Assembly: GCF_006345805.1 (NCBI RefSeq)
Contig: NC_043015.1
Location: forward strand, 11,222,001-11,286,000
Reading direction: 5' to 3'
DNA length: 64,000 bases
Source: Octopus sinensis
Taxonomy: Eukaryota
Below are positions 12,366-25,644 of the stretch, in pieces. The notes below the pieces were generated by a model. That model was not told the DNA's origin and did not search any database. It saw only the letters and a program-made list of their open reading frames with translations. Position numbers and translations under genes: made by a program. How positions within the stretch are numbered: the stretch's first letter is position 1; the number at the start of each line of letters is the position of its first letter.

Positions 12366-13569
12366 AAATATTGTTACTGAATGACATGAGGAACATTCTA
12401 GCGAAGTTGAACATTTTATCTTATCTTATCTTGTTGTGAAATATATAATTTTGTAAATCTACACACTCTTCTTCACAGCTGAAATGTTTTAAAATTATGT
12501 GCACTATGTAGGTCTCGATAACTGTCATCTCAAATTGTCATTCACTATCTCGTAAAAAGATAAATCGATATGGTGAAAATAGTCAATATGATATACTACA
12601 ACGTTCGGTGTAGATTATACTGTTGCAGGCAGTGTATAAAATTAAATATTAAAGAATTTTTTTGTCTAAGTACGAAATAAATGAACGAAAGCGGAATAGC
12701 TTGTGCGCCATTTGTTTTAAAACTCTAACTATTGAAAGAAGCAATTTTCTATTAAACATAAAGTACCAGTTAATATATTATTTTACATATCATATAAACT
12801 GTTACAGCGTGCAACCGAAAGTCACTTGTATTGCAGGAATTAACAGAGAACTCAGTTTAAAGAAAATCTTGTGGGACTGTCGTCGGTCAATATTGATTGT
12901 GTGTATGCACATGTATATATACAGGCCTGGACAAAATGCTGTGAAGAAAACCAGCGACAGCATATGCAATGCTACACTCCCCGCTCTACACCAGCAATAT
13001 TTAGCGAATTAAAGAGCCAAGGACTTGGGCCAATACGGCTTGGAAGATGTCTTCGAATGAGTTGCTGTGAAAACTCAAAGACAGAGAATAGATAATGGAA
13101 GGATCGCTTTCGATTCTTTACGGGTTTGGGGAACTGATAGAATACCCCACCCGGCCCTCTGCGTTGATCCCCGAAGGATGAAAGAATGAATGTAACTTTC
13201 TTAGTTACAGTTTACCTAGGATTAAACTGAAACAACACGCCCCAATACATTTTTACCTACCTCCTAAATATGAATACCCTGAGTAGTATTAAGATAAGTC
13301 GTCGTTTATCAAAATTATAATGAGAGATAGAGAGAGAAAGATAAACCGACAAGAAAAAAGAGAAAATGAGAGGGGGAGAAGGAGAGAGAGAAAGAGATCT
13401 ATCATTATATTTACAATAAGTTAGTATCATTTCTGAAAGAAGACATAAATATTTAAATTATATAGAATGTTTAATATATCAATAGAATGTAATAGAGTGA
13501 ATACAGTTATATAGTCGTTCAATTCATTTACACTGGAGTCGTAGCTGTCGATAACAGCAACAGTACAAC

Positions 13570-13719
13570 CTTTTAATATGTTATTAAAATATGTTTGTAG
13601 AGCACTTTCAATTCCCGGTCGTGAGAATTTATCTTTCTTTGCGTTTTTCCTGTGATACCCGGTCGTAATTAATACACGATATAAGAATGCTATACTCTCC
13701 AGGCTGACAAGATTCTCTA
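13570..13719 (-). CDS. Candidate 150-nt phase 1-1 exon (VENLVSLESIAFLYRVL...ALQTYFNNILK)
   Basis: Strong tttcttttcttgtacag| acceptor inside ORF 13427-13756; weak donor AAG|gttgta; phase fits both neighbouring candidates. Confidence 0.35.
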
Positions 13720-14364
13720 CTGTACAAGAAAAGAAATTGTATAACAGATAAGTCAATAATTAAAGATGGCATTTTCACTTCATTATAATCGGTGTGTCTA
13801 GGAATTTGGCCTGATTATAAAACAGAACGCATAATTTGATGAATAGTGGTATGTAATTTCTTCCGTCTATGTTATCTGTTCAAATCCCCGTGCTACTATA
13901 TTCGTATTTCATCCATATGGAAGCGCTGAAACAAGTACCAGACTTGCTTCTGCATCGATTCAATCAATTATACATCTCCCCAAAGGTGGTGAATAATAAC
14001 AATAGTTAGATCAAGTATTAAAAAATCTTGACGTGATTGTTCCAGCTCACTGTTCAGTGAGTTCAATTGCTGTGCTGCCGACATCTAACATAGGTTTCAT
14101 CTCGGAAAAGGTAAATATAGATTTATTAACGTACCGCCTTCGATTTACTGCATTATCTCCCCCTTTTGTCTACCTATCTATGTATATCTATATATTTATT
14201 CCTCTCTTTATCTACATAGCAACCTCTCTCCTATCTCCCCGTCTCTGCTTCTTCTCTCGCGCTTCCTCTGTATTTACCTCTTGTTTGTATGTGTAAATTG
14301 TTTGGTACAGCTGTGTTATACTGTTTCTCAATAATATGGCCCGCGAATTGCATTATGAGTGCAC

Positions 14365-14826
14365 GTGTCTATGGAATACGCAAACACTTACACGATAATA
14401 CATAGTCGCAAAAGTTGGGAACTGTCCGAAGCCCTTAGGAGTCTCCTAAATTCTTTTGGTACCAGGACGCTTCACAAGATTATGGGTTACCATTGGTCGA
14501 ATTTTGTATCCCATCAACGACTGTACATGCATCCTGTTAATCGTATGATGCGGGAGCAATAGCTCAGATTATTTTGCCATGTTACATGATCTTCCGAGTT
14601 GACACCGGTGTGTCGTGTTCTCCTCTCTGACGATCCGGTTGTAATGGCCGCTCGATATTGTTGGCCACATGCCCCATGGCCTCAGCGGATGACGAAATAT
14701 CTCTCTGAGATGGGAACTAACCGAGATATAGCTCGGAGTGTTACCAAGGGTGACTCGAGCAAATACCGACAAATGGTGGATGCAGCAAAGGTTTACAGCA
14801 GCGCATACCCCTATGCCTGACCTGAT
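14365..14826 (+). mobile_element. Degenerate RTE/RTEX-like LINE 3' end
   Basis: ...KIMGYHWSNFVSHQRL...REQ*LRLFCHV...DDP...YL.EMG...MVDAA... followed by tgacctga. Confidence 0.6.
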
Positions 14827-14929
14827 ATGATCTATTTCTCTTAGGCGAATGATCGAATATCTATCGGAGTAGCCAAATCGGATGAAAAGAAATCACAGTT
14901 CCATTTCAATACGATTTTTTTTATTCTTT

Positions 14930-15120
14930 TACTTGTTTCAATCATTTGACTGCAGGCGTGCTGAAGCACAGACTTTAGTCCACGAAATCGACCCAGGACT
15001 TATTTTTTGCAAGTTTATTACTTATTCTATCGGTCTATTTGCCGAACCGCTAATTTACGGGGACGCAAACACACCAATAACGGTTGTCAAATGATGTTGG
15101 GAAGGCAAGCACATATACAA

Positions 15121-15158
<38 letters not shown>

Positions 15159-15181
15159 TTAGCGGCGTACGTACACTTTGG

Positions 15182-15255
<74 letters not shown>

Positions 15256-15432
15256 TATTCAACGGACTTGTTTCAGTATCCGTCTACCGAATCCATTCAC
15301 AAGGCTTTGGTTGACCCGAGGCTATACTAGAAGACTATACTAGAAGGCTATACTAGAAGACACTTGCCCGAGGGTCCACGCAGTGCAACTGAACCCGGAA
15401 CCATGTAGTGGGGAGGCGAGCTTCTTATCACA
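14930..15432 (-). mobile_element. tRNA-derived SINE family A (octopus CORE-like SINE), with internal microsatellite
   Basis: Reverse complement of the 15921-16345 type sequence. Confidence 0.8.
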
Positions 15433-15920
15433 CACCCAAAAATAAGTGCTTGTTATTGGTTTTAGTTTAAGTACATTCACTTTCATAAATCAGGGGATTC
15501 TATTAAAGGATAAATTAATATTATAATCTGTTCTCATGATTTCTATACCTAACTGTCATATTCTTGCCTATCAGAATATACTTAATAAAAAATATTAAGT
15601 GACGTTTATAGATTTTATATGTATATGATAAACGAAGAAATGCTACATATGCCTCCATAAAAAAATGTTGGTTTCGTTTTCATGTGCAAAGTATTTACCC
15701 ACTCCAGATTAGAAGTCCAAAACTTGCTATGTGAGTAGTCAATCTTAGTTTCAGTCTAATACAAAAAGGTATGTATCATTACATTATTTTGATTTGTAAG
15801 CACGAATTAAAGATAAATACGAGGTTTTATAACAAGCTAGGTTCAGGGTATTTTATCATATCAACATTTAATATGTTCAATTGGTATATTATTGATTTCT
15901 TATAAGAAAATTCGTATTTA

Positions 15921-16102
15921 GGCGCAGGAGTGGCCATAGGCGCAGGAGTGGCTGTGTGATAAGTAGCTTGCTTACCAACCACATGGTTCCGGGTTCAGTC
16001 CCACTGCGTGGCCCCTTGGGCAACTACTATAGCCTCAGGCCGACCAAGGCCTTGTGAGTGGATTTGGTAGAAGGAAACTGAAAGAAGCCCGTTGTATATA
16101 TG

Positions 16103-16134
<32 letters not shown>

Positions 16135-16345
16135 CGTGTATGTTTGTGTGTCTGTGTTTGTCCCCCTAGCATTGCTTGACAACCGATGCTGGCGTGTTTA
16201 TGTCCCCGTCACCTAGTGGTTCGGCAAAAGAGACCGATAGAATAAGTACTGGGCTTACAAAGAATAAGTCCCGGGGTCGAGTTGCTCGACTAAAGGCGGT
16301 GCTCCAGCATGGCCGCAGTCAACTGACTGAAACAAGTAAAATAGT
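15921..16345 (+). mobile_element. tRNA-derived SINE family A, near full length
   Basis: A-box TGGCTGTGTGA, B-box GGTTCAGTCC, CORE-like CCTTGGGCAA, internal (TA)n(TG)n, 3' GACTGAAACAAGTAAAA. Confidence 0.88.
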
Positions 16346-16405
16346 AAAAGAGAGAGTAATTTAAAGAAATGATTGCGTTATCGACACACGTTAGATGTCA
16401 ATAGT

Positions 16406-16728
16406 GAGGGCGCGTGGCTTAGTGGTTAGGGCATTCGGCTCATGATCGTAAGTTGTGAGTTCGATTCCCGGCGACGCGTTGTGTCCTTGAGCAAGACACT
16501 TTATTTCACGTTGCTCCAGTCCACTCAGCTGGCAAAAATGTGTTGTACTTGTATTTCAAAGGGTCAGCCTTGTCACTCTCTGTGTCACGCTGATTATCCC
16601 CGAGAACTACGTTAAGGGTACACGTGTCTGTGGAATGCTCAGCCATTTGCACGTTAATTTCACGAGCAAGCTGTTCCGTTGATCATATCAGCTGGGACCC
16701 TCGTCGTCGTAACCGGCGGAGTCTTTAA
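16406..16728 (+). mobile_element. tRNA-derived SINE family B with an 11-bp target-site duplication
   Basis: A-box TGGCTTAGTGG, B-box AGTTCGATTCC; AGATGTCAATA at 16393-16403 and 16733-16743. Confidence 0.85.
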
Positions 16729-17052
16729 TTTAAGATGTCAATATGAATGTAATGTCACTCGACTATAGAATAAGGTATACTTACTTTGTCACGGAACTTA
16801 TTATGACACTGAAATCAGTAATTCCAAGAATGTGCTTTCGTGTCACGTTTGTCTTGATGCATAACGAATGAGAGTTTATGTAGATGCAAATGCACTGATG
16901 AGTTTGAGAAGTGCGAGCTCATAACGACTTCATATAATTTCACAACTTCATATAATTTCATTGCTCGCCACTGTGATTTGTGGACGTCCACTGTACGTGT
17001 GCGTGCGAGCTTGCGTATGTGTATGTGGTGGGGTAGACGGATGGATAGATGA

Positions 17053-17225
<173 letters not shown>

Positions 17226-17379
17226 CACACATACACAATTAAAGATGTGATTTACTCTATAAATATTTTTGTTATATATATATTACATCTATATATCTTT
17301 AATTCGAGAATTCATCTTAGAAAGCCAACATTTGATTCTGTTGTATTATCATATTTAGATGTATGTATGCATGTCCCTT

Positions 17380-18185
17380 CTATTTTTTTACTTATTATAA
17401 ATCTGCTGCTGAGGAGAGAGCCGGTTTCTAAGCTCCATCTTTGGGATGTAGATAACACAGATAAGTTATTGTATATTTTTACTGTTCCACTCGCAAATTG
17501 CTATTGTAATGTACGAATTATCCGGTCAATTCCTCTTTCTAAAAATCCCAGTTTATCCAGATTTTCCCTTAAGCATATGCTAACAAAAGCTAGTGCTCCA
17601 ATTATTATACGTATGAATATGATTTCATAGTCTGGGCATATAATCTGGAGGTTTCGAAGCAGTTGTCCATAGACATCCTCTTTTACTTTGATTTTCAAAG
17701 AGATATTTGTATATGCGGAGCAGCTGACCTCTTTGATGGTACACAATTTTGCCCCTCTGTCCCAAACAACAATATCCGGCCTGCTATGTTTACAATTGAG
17801 AGACATTTTGATGGGAATATTCCAAGAGCTGAGTGACAGGCTTGCTGTAAAGATATACAATCAAATATCAGACGTCAGATCAGGCGTTCCTGTCCTCAGG
17901 ACTGATTCCATTTTAATTCCATTTTTCAAAGACTTAATAGGCCCGTGTTCATATTCTTTATTGTGCTGACTATGTATTTCTTGTTGTTCAAACTAAACAA
18001 AACATTCAAGCTATAATGTATCTTTTCACTAGGACATACACATGGACTTACCATCAGTGGGAAGCTCATGTTCTCCTAGACTCCAGTTCATATTAATGTC
18101 GAGTCTAGTATCTTTTTCCAAGGTACAAGCCTAGATGTTAAATATTGTTCTCTACTTCGCAGCTCACACTTTCTCCCCTCGATCT
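17380..18185 (-). mobile_element. R4/Dong-like non-LTR retrotransposon 3' fragment (restriction-like endonuclease domain)
   Basis: CKHSRPDIVVWDR...CTIKEVSC...K.KEDVYGQLLRNLQ..IIIGALA is an REL-type PD..E motif; the 3' end is TAATAA-like. Confidence 0.7.
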
Positions 18186-18202
18186 ATATGTCTATATGTC
18201 TA

Positions 18203-18210
18203 TCTCCACA

Positions 18211-18283
<73 letters not shown>

Positions 18284-18292
18284 GTCTGTCTG
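18203..18292. repeat. (ATCT)n microsatellite
   Basis: Direct reading. Confidence 0.95.
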
Positions 18293-18329
18293 TCTACCAC
18301 CATCTATAGACATGGATCCCTTGAGTCTG

Positions 18330-18900
18330 AAATAAATCTGGTGATCGAAAAAACCTCCTGGAATTCCCGGAAGTTGTGTGTAGTCTGACATAGATGTCAA
18401 TCAAAATCTAGCTCAACTTGTATGAATCATGCGTTTTTACTGGCCTTATATACTCATCTGAAACGTCGGCTACATATGGTCCTTGGTTAAAAGCTTTGGT
18501 AAGATTCTATTAACCATGCCATACGAGGCTCTTACACATGAAATAACAGCCTCTGACACCAAACTGTTGTTTTTCAGCAAGCCAACACATCCATTATTGA
18601 GATGTTCTTCATACGCAGGCAGTAGCTGTAAGTTAGGCACCTTTTTAGACTACAGGATGACATTTTACCTAGTAAGCAAACATTTTACCTAGATGACATT
18701 TTACTTAGTTCACCTAGTAAGCAAACAGTTGCGACTAGGTAAACTTTTGAGACATAAGCGTAAGGAATATTTTAAGGATGCCGTCACCAGCAACCTTAAG
18801 ACTTTTAGCGTAAACTTTGAAGACTGGAAGCAGAGAAAGCTAACGTTGAGCGGTTAGAAAAAAAGTTGTAAGTCTTTTGAAACATAAGTAATCGAACAGG
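18330..18900 (+). mobile_element. Degenerate RTE-clade LINE 3' fragment
   Basis: LIYSSETSATY (cf. LLYGSETWT.Y), Q*L*VRHLFRLQDDILP (cf. QLRWAGH.VRM.D.RLP), YFKDAVTSNLKTF. Confidence 0.55.
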
Positions 18901-19076
18901 AGCTTCATAAACAGGACTTAACATCAATTCCAGACATTTTCTGCCTGAACATGTTTGTAACATCTGATATAGGGTGTGTTTGTCCAAATCTGAACTTGCT
19001 AATTATTCAAGATTTCTTGATAACACTTATTAATTGAAGAGAATGCCTGCTTCTGTAGAGAATTAGCAATCACCAG

Positions 19077-19120
<44 letters not shown>

Positions 19121-19393
19121 CCTGCTCGCTCAGCCAGCGGGGTGGCGTCATTTGAAGTCTAAACCAATGAAAAGCGCATTGTGACCAGCGTTGTGTTGCA
19201 ACATCTGATAGACTGGTTGGTCACGGTGATCACGGTGATATATATATATACATACTGACTTACTTGTTTGTGTGTATGTGTATGTGTGTGCTTGTAGTGA
19301 AATAAAGAAAAACAGTTCAAGCGGACATTTGGTATGTATTTGAATAAATATGTGAAATTGTTATAAAGTTTCACAGAGACACAAGTACCTTAC

Positions 19394-19405
19394 CTGGAAT
19401 TTTTC
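19394..19405 (-). CDS. Candidate 12-nt microexon GAAAAATTCCAG
   Basis: ~18-nt poly(T) tract, then caaataaag|; strong CAG|gtaagg donor; symmetric phase. Confidence 0.3.
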
Positions 19406-20360
19406 CTTTATTTGAAAAAAAAAAAAAAAAAACAATTTAAGGCTGTTTACAGTATTCAGTGCATCACTCCTAAACTTATTTCTCCAAATTCCTGGCATTG
19501 CTTTGAGTTATGTCCCTTTACACACATAAATTCTCACAATAACACATTTTAAGTTATCGCAGGAAGAATTAATATTGCAATGGATGACAAAGGACTTAAT
19601 TTAGAAATTTTATAGTATTATTAGAAAGATTATAGTTTCCTGTTGGGGAAATTTACGCTGGAAATGTTGACATTTATGTCTGCCTCATGTTTCAGAGCAT
19701 TCGAGGGTGATTATGGACTTAGATGAATTCTTATCAAATGGACATTTCGTTTCGAGGAGACAACGCGAAATAAAGAAAGTTTATGATTTCCAGTTTTATT
19801 GGGATAACTTCTACATTGGCCATGCACTTGGAAACATACATTAGTCAATTCGGATACAATATCTAAAGTTTATCACAGCAATATTAACTGACATTTATTT
19901 AATTTTCATTTACACTCCAAAATTGCGTAACACACTACCTTAATATCAAGTGATGTGTCACCGTGAACTTGAGCAAAACCTAATGGTTATTATCTGCAAT
20001 CTAAAATTCTGATGGTGAAAGAACTCATGCCACATCACTTTATCTCTGTTCCTTGTCACCCTGCCAGTCTAGTAAGATAACTGTTCTCTTTCACTCTTTC
20101 TCCCCCTGTCTCTATCTGTTTCTTTCACACACACGTGTCTGTCTCTCTCTTTCTTTCTTCCTCTCCGTCTCTCTTTCTCTGACTGTGCTTTCCATATTAG
20201 TAACCAACAGAAGAATACATCTTCCTGTCCTCACACATACGTTATGTAAACATGTGTAAACCAGCGCACTGAAAAAGCCACACACACACAGACAGACACA
20301 GACACGTACACACGCACACACACACACACACACATACACACACACACACACGCACGCTCG

Positions 20361-20393
<33 letters not shown>

Positions 20394-20860
20394 CACACAC
20401 ACACACACACAACACACACACAGACACACATAGAAATGAAGTATTTTGAACGAGTCAGCCTCCTGCAAACCTGAGTTACGCTTGCGAGTGCTCAAGATAT
20501 TTAATGAAGACATGGCTTTTTTCACCCAATGATAAGTCACAGAATAGCAAGAGACTATCACGACCAAAATAAGATATTTATTTCTACTTTGGAATCAAGT
20601 ACACTTTCCCAACAGCCAACACGAAACGGATGTGAGTGTGTGTGCACGCACGCGCGAGTGTGTGAATATTTGAGAGTGAATTAACTGCGAACATTTTCAA
20701 AGAAAATAAATAAATAAATAAATATCATGCGTTATAAGACGTAGCAAAGCACACGATCGACAGGAATCAAACCACGTATCTCTGTCTTGCTTGGTGATGA
20801 GTTGTACGTGAGATCCCCTGCTGGTCCTAATATCGCTGAAATTACGACTCTGCATCTGAC

Positions 20861-20913
20861 CTTTATGTTTCTGTTCGTTTATGTTGTACTGTTTCAAGGT
20901 ATTTCGTTGGTTA
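20861..20913 (-). CDS. Candidate 53-nt exon (NQRNTLKQYNINEQKHK)
   Basis: gttgtgcttctcttag| acceptor, AAG|gtcaga donor, one open frame ending in phase 1. Confidence 0.3.
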
Positions 20914-22329
20914 CTAAGAGAAGCACAACAGGTTAAATTCAATATACCTATATTGTATATAAAACAAGCAAAATTCTGCATAACAAGATACTTCGTCTTC
21001 CTTAGGTGTTTACAAAGTGAAATTGTAACTTTATACTTAACTATTTACTAAAAACTAATGCAAGCTGGTCGTTATAACCATTTAGGATAATATCAGATGA
21101 CGTTACATAGATACAAATTGGTTTTTTTTTTTATTTTTACTTTAATCAAATCATGGTGCTTATGTAAAAAAAAAAAAAACGTATGGAATCCTTACGAATC
21201 TTAAAACAGAATATAATTACTAAAGGAAAAACTAAATGATTGTTCTTAAGTAACATCTAATAAGCGTTAAACTACGGGGATTACTTGTAAAACACCATGA
21301 TATTATTAGAATGCTCCATCAATCAACAGTAACTATTACAGGAGGAACGATGTTTGGAATATACCATGAGGATTTCATGTAAAATACAATATTCTTAAAA
21401 TGATCCATGAAACAACAGTAAGAATTATACGAGGAGAGTTCTACTTTATATGATACTATTTTGATGTTTGGAATAAACGTTTATTACTATGGTTAAACTC
21501 ATGATTAGTAATGTTCCGAAAGTCCATTCCGAGTAAGTTTACTTAGTTCCTATTTTATGGGGCTCCTACAAACATAATCCTCAAATTTTGAAAAATAAGA
21601 TTCATTAAATTAAAAGAGAACTGTTTCTCTTTCTACCCACTCTTCATCATACATAAGCTGACAGAACAAAAATACAGCTATTATTGGGTTAGGTCCTTCT
21701 TTCAATTGGATGGAATCAAGGTTCATATTTATCTCTAAAGGTAGTTGCAGGTATGATTGTGCGGTTAGGAAGATCGCTTTGCAGCCTATGCCTTCTTGTA
21801 TAGCATTTCTATTATGCCTTGTGTGAAAGTTTGATTGACGGAAACAGTGTGGATACCCGTAATGTATGTATGTATATATGCGTGCATGCATGTATGTATG
21901 GTTGTATGTATGTATGTATGTATGAATGTATGTATGTATGAATGTATGTATGTATGAATGTATGTATGTATGAATGAATGTATGTCTGTGTGTGTGTGTT
22001 TCTGTGTGGATGTATGTATTTCTACATGTGTGGTGTATATTTGTATGTATCTATATATGTATGAGTGTGCTTATGCGTGTCGTTTTGAGTGAACTTATAG
22101 CGCCGCTACAGTTTGACAAAAGGTGTTGGTGTTTTTACGTCCCTATAACATTAACATTTCGGCGAAACTGACCATTAGAATAAATACCAGGCGGAAAATC
22201 AATTACTGGTGCCGATTTGGTCCACCATAGACCTTCAGTGTGGTGCGCCATTATGTCCAATAACTGATTCAAGAAAAAGATAGATATTCACTTGTTTCAT
22301 GATGTCTCAATTTCTTCTCCATTTCTTGT

Positions 22330-22480
22330 CAGTAAAAATACTTATTTTATTTTCTTAATTGTTTCAATACGAAGCCAGGAGTCTCTGCCCACGACCTTCA
22401 CTTTCTCCCCAAGAATGGTGAGATCGATTTGGTTTTCTTCTTCAGCAACAAACTCCGTTATTTGTGCATTATATTACGTA
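22330..22480 (-). mobile_element. Possible degenerate RT fragment of an RTE-like LINE
   Basis: NAQITEFVAEEENQIDLTILGEKVKVVGRDSW resembles the N..KTEFM...I...GE...V.DF.YLGSW segment after YADD; in-frame stops on both sides. Confidence 0.3.
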
Positions 22481-24321
22481 ATAGCTGACTAGATAAAATG
22501 GTGCTGAGAAATGAGATACAACAATGAAATCAATATACACTTGTTTAAATATGTGGCATATTTTTCTGGGTATTTAGACTTCATATACATGTGCAGTTAC
22601 TTCTACATATTGTTCTATTCATATTCGTTGCAGCTGCGTTAAGTTTCCTTATTATATATTACTTAGGTTTTAGAATAACGAACAAGGAAACACTGGTAAA
22701 TGTACACATAACATTTGTATGTAATAATAAAGCGTGGGAACCTTTAACATCATTTTGCTGTCAATGCTTCCCTGTAAAATGTAATTTTTTCCGGTTTTCT
22801 GTTCATTTACAAGTTATTTCATTCTAGCTAATGTTCTCTACATGATGAAATCTTAAAGTCTAAATAAAAATTGCTCAATTTAAAAAGAGAATAACAGCTT
22901 ACGTAATTACACCCTCTATGCACATTTCTTGCTCAATCCAAAGTTATATTCCGGGAACTTTTACTAAATACCACAGATTATATTTGAATATTAAGAATCT
23001 CAAATCTGTTTCTCACTCAACATAATGGCATTTCAGCGTTTTCCTATAGTTTCAGTGTTGACATGAATCACTTGAATTTGCAAATACCGAAAGCATTAAA
23101 GAATGCATTACGAGCTGCACGCTGTCTTCTTTAAAACTGCCACATAAAGAATTCTTCAATAAAAGCGAGCTCACAATGTGACAGAGAAAGCAAATATCTC
23201 ACTTAATAGCTAGCAACAGGCGAAACAATGCAATTTATTACAATATTCCGCAATTCCCTTTGGCGGTATTTCGTCATAGCTTCATACTCGGCCATTTGAT
23301 CAGATATAAAGACTTAATCTTCCAGAAAATTCCGACCCAGTATGTTCTCAGATGTTGACTATTAGCTCTTATCTCGAACGAACAGGATTTAATGGCTATT
23401 TGTCTTCATAGGAAAACTGGTGATTTCGGTGTTTCATAGTGAAAACTAAGAGAAGTGGGAGGGTATTCTACATGATGGAATAGATTTGCTCTGTCATATA
23501 GAAGAGAATAACAAGCCAACTGGAACCGAAAGAAGAAAAAAAAATACCCAAATGTTACTGAAGCAAGTGTTTAATAAGCTGCAACTGTGTTTTTGTAAAT
23601 TGGGTCTTAGAGCATAAGGAAAAACAGGGAACGGAATAAAGAGAAATAATTATTATTTTGAGATGTCTGAAACAGCTTTCATTTCAAATGATGCAAAACA
23701 ATAGAAACAGAGAATGCATACATATTCGAAGGATTCGCCACTATAGGTAATGCCTTCCTTTTTCCCCTAATCGTTCTACATTCTCTTGTTTTAGGCTTCT
23801 GTTTCTCCATTTCCCCTTTCTTTGTATCGTATCATTAATATTCTGCTATTTCTTTTACCTTTCTTTTTCTCATAATCGTCACCGTGACCACTGTATTAAC
23901 TTAGAAGACCTACAAACCACCACTAGCAACAGGCTGCCAACACTATCGCCATAGATACTACCGCAGCCACGACCACCATGTTTCCCATCATCATGCAATC
24001 ACCATAACTACCACTATTGTGATCGTTTCTTGTCGAACTCAACTAACACAATGGCATTCAATACAAGCAATACAAACAGATACATCATCACTACCACAAG
24101 AACCGCCATCTATACCTTCATAAAGGTATATATTACTAATGAGGTAAGATACAACGAATTTCAATATCAATGATATCTATAATAGACCAGCGCCATGAAT
24201 TAACGTAGCCGAAATATATTATCATCACTGTGTCACTATCAAGCTGAGTTATCTTAATTCACACCAAGTAGTTATTTCCCTTAGATGTCACTTTCTGTGA
24301 TTATACACGTACTCTTTACTT

Positions 24322-24630
24322 TTTTACTTGTTTCAGTCATTTGACTGAGACCATGCTCGAGCACTGCCTTTAGACGAGCAAATCGACTGCAGGACTTATT
24401 CTTTGTAAGCGTAGTACATATTCTACCAGTCGCTTTTGCCGAATCGCTACGTAACTTAGGCAAGTGTCTTCTACTATATCCTCGGGCCGACCAAAGCCTT
24501 GTGAGTAGATTTGGCAGACGGAAATTGAAAGAAACCCGTCGTATATATGCATATATATATATGTGCGTGTGTATATGTTTGTGTGTCTGTGTTCCCCACC
24601 ACCCAGCATCGCTTGACAACCGATGCTGGT
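24322..24630. mobile_element. SINE family A with an internal inversion (twin-priming-like)
   Basis: 3' tail on the minus strand (24322-~24453) fused to a headless body on the plus strand (~24456-24630). Confidence 0.75.
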
Positions 24631-24951
24631 GTGATCTGAGTTTTTCCCATGGTATCATTGCCAAAGGCCTGCTGAATCATCTGGATATTTTGAACTTGAA
24701 TACTGGTAATTGCTTGGCAAAACATAATGCATTAACCTTGCGTAATGTCTCCACTGAAAACACCCGAGGAACGCGCACTCCCCATCTGTATTCTAAGCGT
24801 AACAGCCGGTTACTGACAGGCCCTACAGGTGCGAGGTTTGTCACACGTACGCAGGGAGGGTGGTGCGCACCTCTTACCCAAAACATTGTACTCACGTAGC
24901 ATTAGTTTTGGGGGACAAAAATAAAATCGGATACCTTTTGAACGCACTTCG
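24631..24951 (-). mobile_element. Mariner-like transposon 5' fragment
   Basis: FCQ...NIQMIQQAFGNDTMGKTQI is a mariner N-terminal HTH; TA-CGAAGTGCGTTCAAAAGG TIR-like end; cut by the SINE. Confidence 0.6.
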
Positions 24952-25101
24952 TACATAAGTATGTATATACGAATGTATGTGCCAATATATGAACGTATAT
25001 ATATAGATAGGCATAAACCAAAACATGAATACTATTTATATTGCGAAATTTGATTTAATACTAAATTGAATTTTTTCATGTATGTTTGGAGTTATACTCC
25101 C

Positions 25102-25173
<72 letters not shown>

Positions 25174-25181
25174 GATATGTA

Positions 25182-25226
<45 letters not shown>

Positions 25227-25540
25227 ATATATAGATATTATGCATATTATATATATACATATATATATATATATACATACTTACATAGACACACACACAC
25301 ACACACACACACACCACACACCACACATATATATATATATATATATATTACAAAATTAGAGAATGGAGAAACATACTTAAATCAATAAAACATCAACTAT
25401 CCGATGATACCCAATCAATACTTTAATACACCATTACATATGAGTAAAGGCATTATATAAAATGAGATATACAGTAATAGTAAAAAGATAAAGAGATATA
25501 AGTAAAAAATTTTCGAATATAATATGCAATTAATCAAACT

Positions 25541-25644
25541 GACAGCTGTTTCGGCAGTGAGGGCAGTCATACCTCATTAAACCTCTTAGCCATAAAGGCA
25601 GGTATAAATGAGGCATTAACAAGGATGCCCCACGGCCTCTTCAG
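25541..25644 (-). ncRNA. Hammerhead-like motif, mirror copy in the left palindrome arm
   Basis: Reverse complement of 26138-26239. Confidence 0.5.

Noticed and set aside
12871-13095. 74-aa ORF behind a possible acceptor (tatatacag|GCCTGG)
   Set aside because: No recognisable motif, no phase-compatible partner exons, and it runs into a SINE C fragment.
15925-16010. tRNA gene-like A/B boxes (also at 16406, 42350, 59517)
   Set aside because: These are SINE heads continuous with the SINE body and tail; no complete cloverleaf.
21741-21750. Plus-strand 10-nt microexon-like pattern (aag|GTAGTTGCAG|gtatga)
   Set aside because: Not frame-preserving, weak pyrimidine tract, no partner exons; taken as an example of chance background.
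22330-22500. SH3-like peptide (ITEFVAEEENQIDLTILGEKVKVVGRDSWL) behind a good splice acceptor on the minus strand
   Set aside because: All three frames from the acceptor hit stops before the motif. The peptide fits a decayed RTE reverse-transcriptase segment (N..KTEF...I...GE...V...GSW) at least as well.
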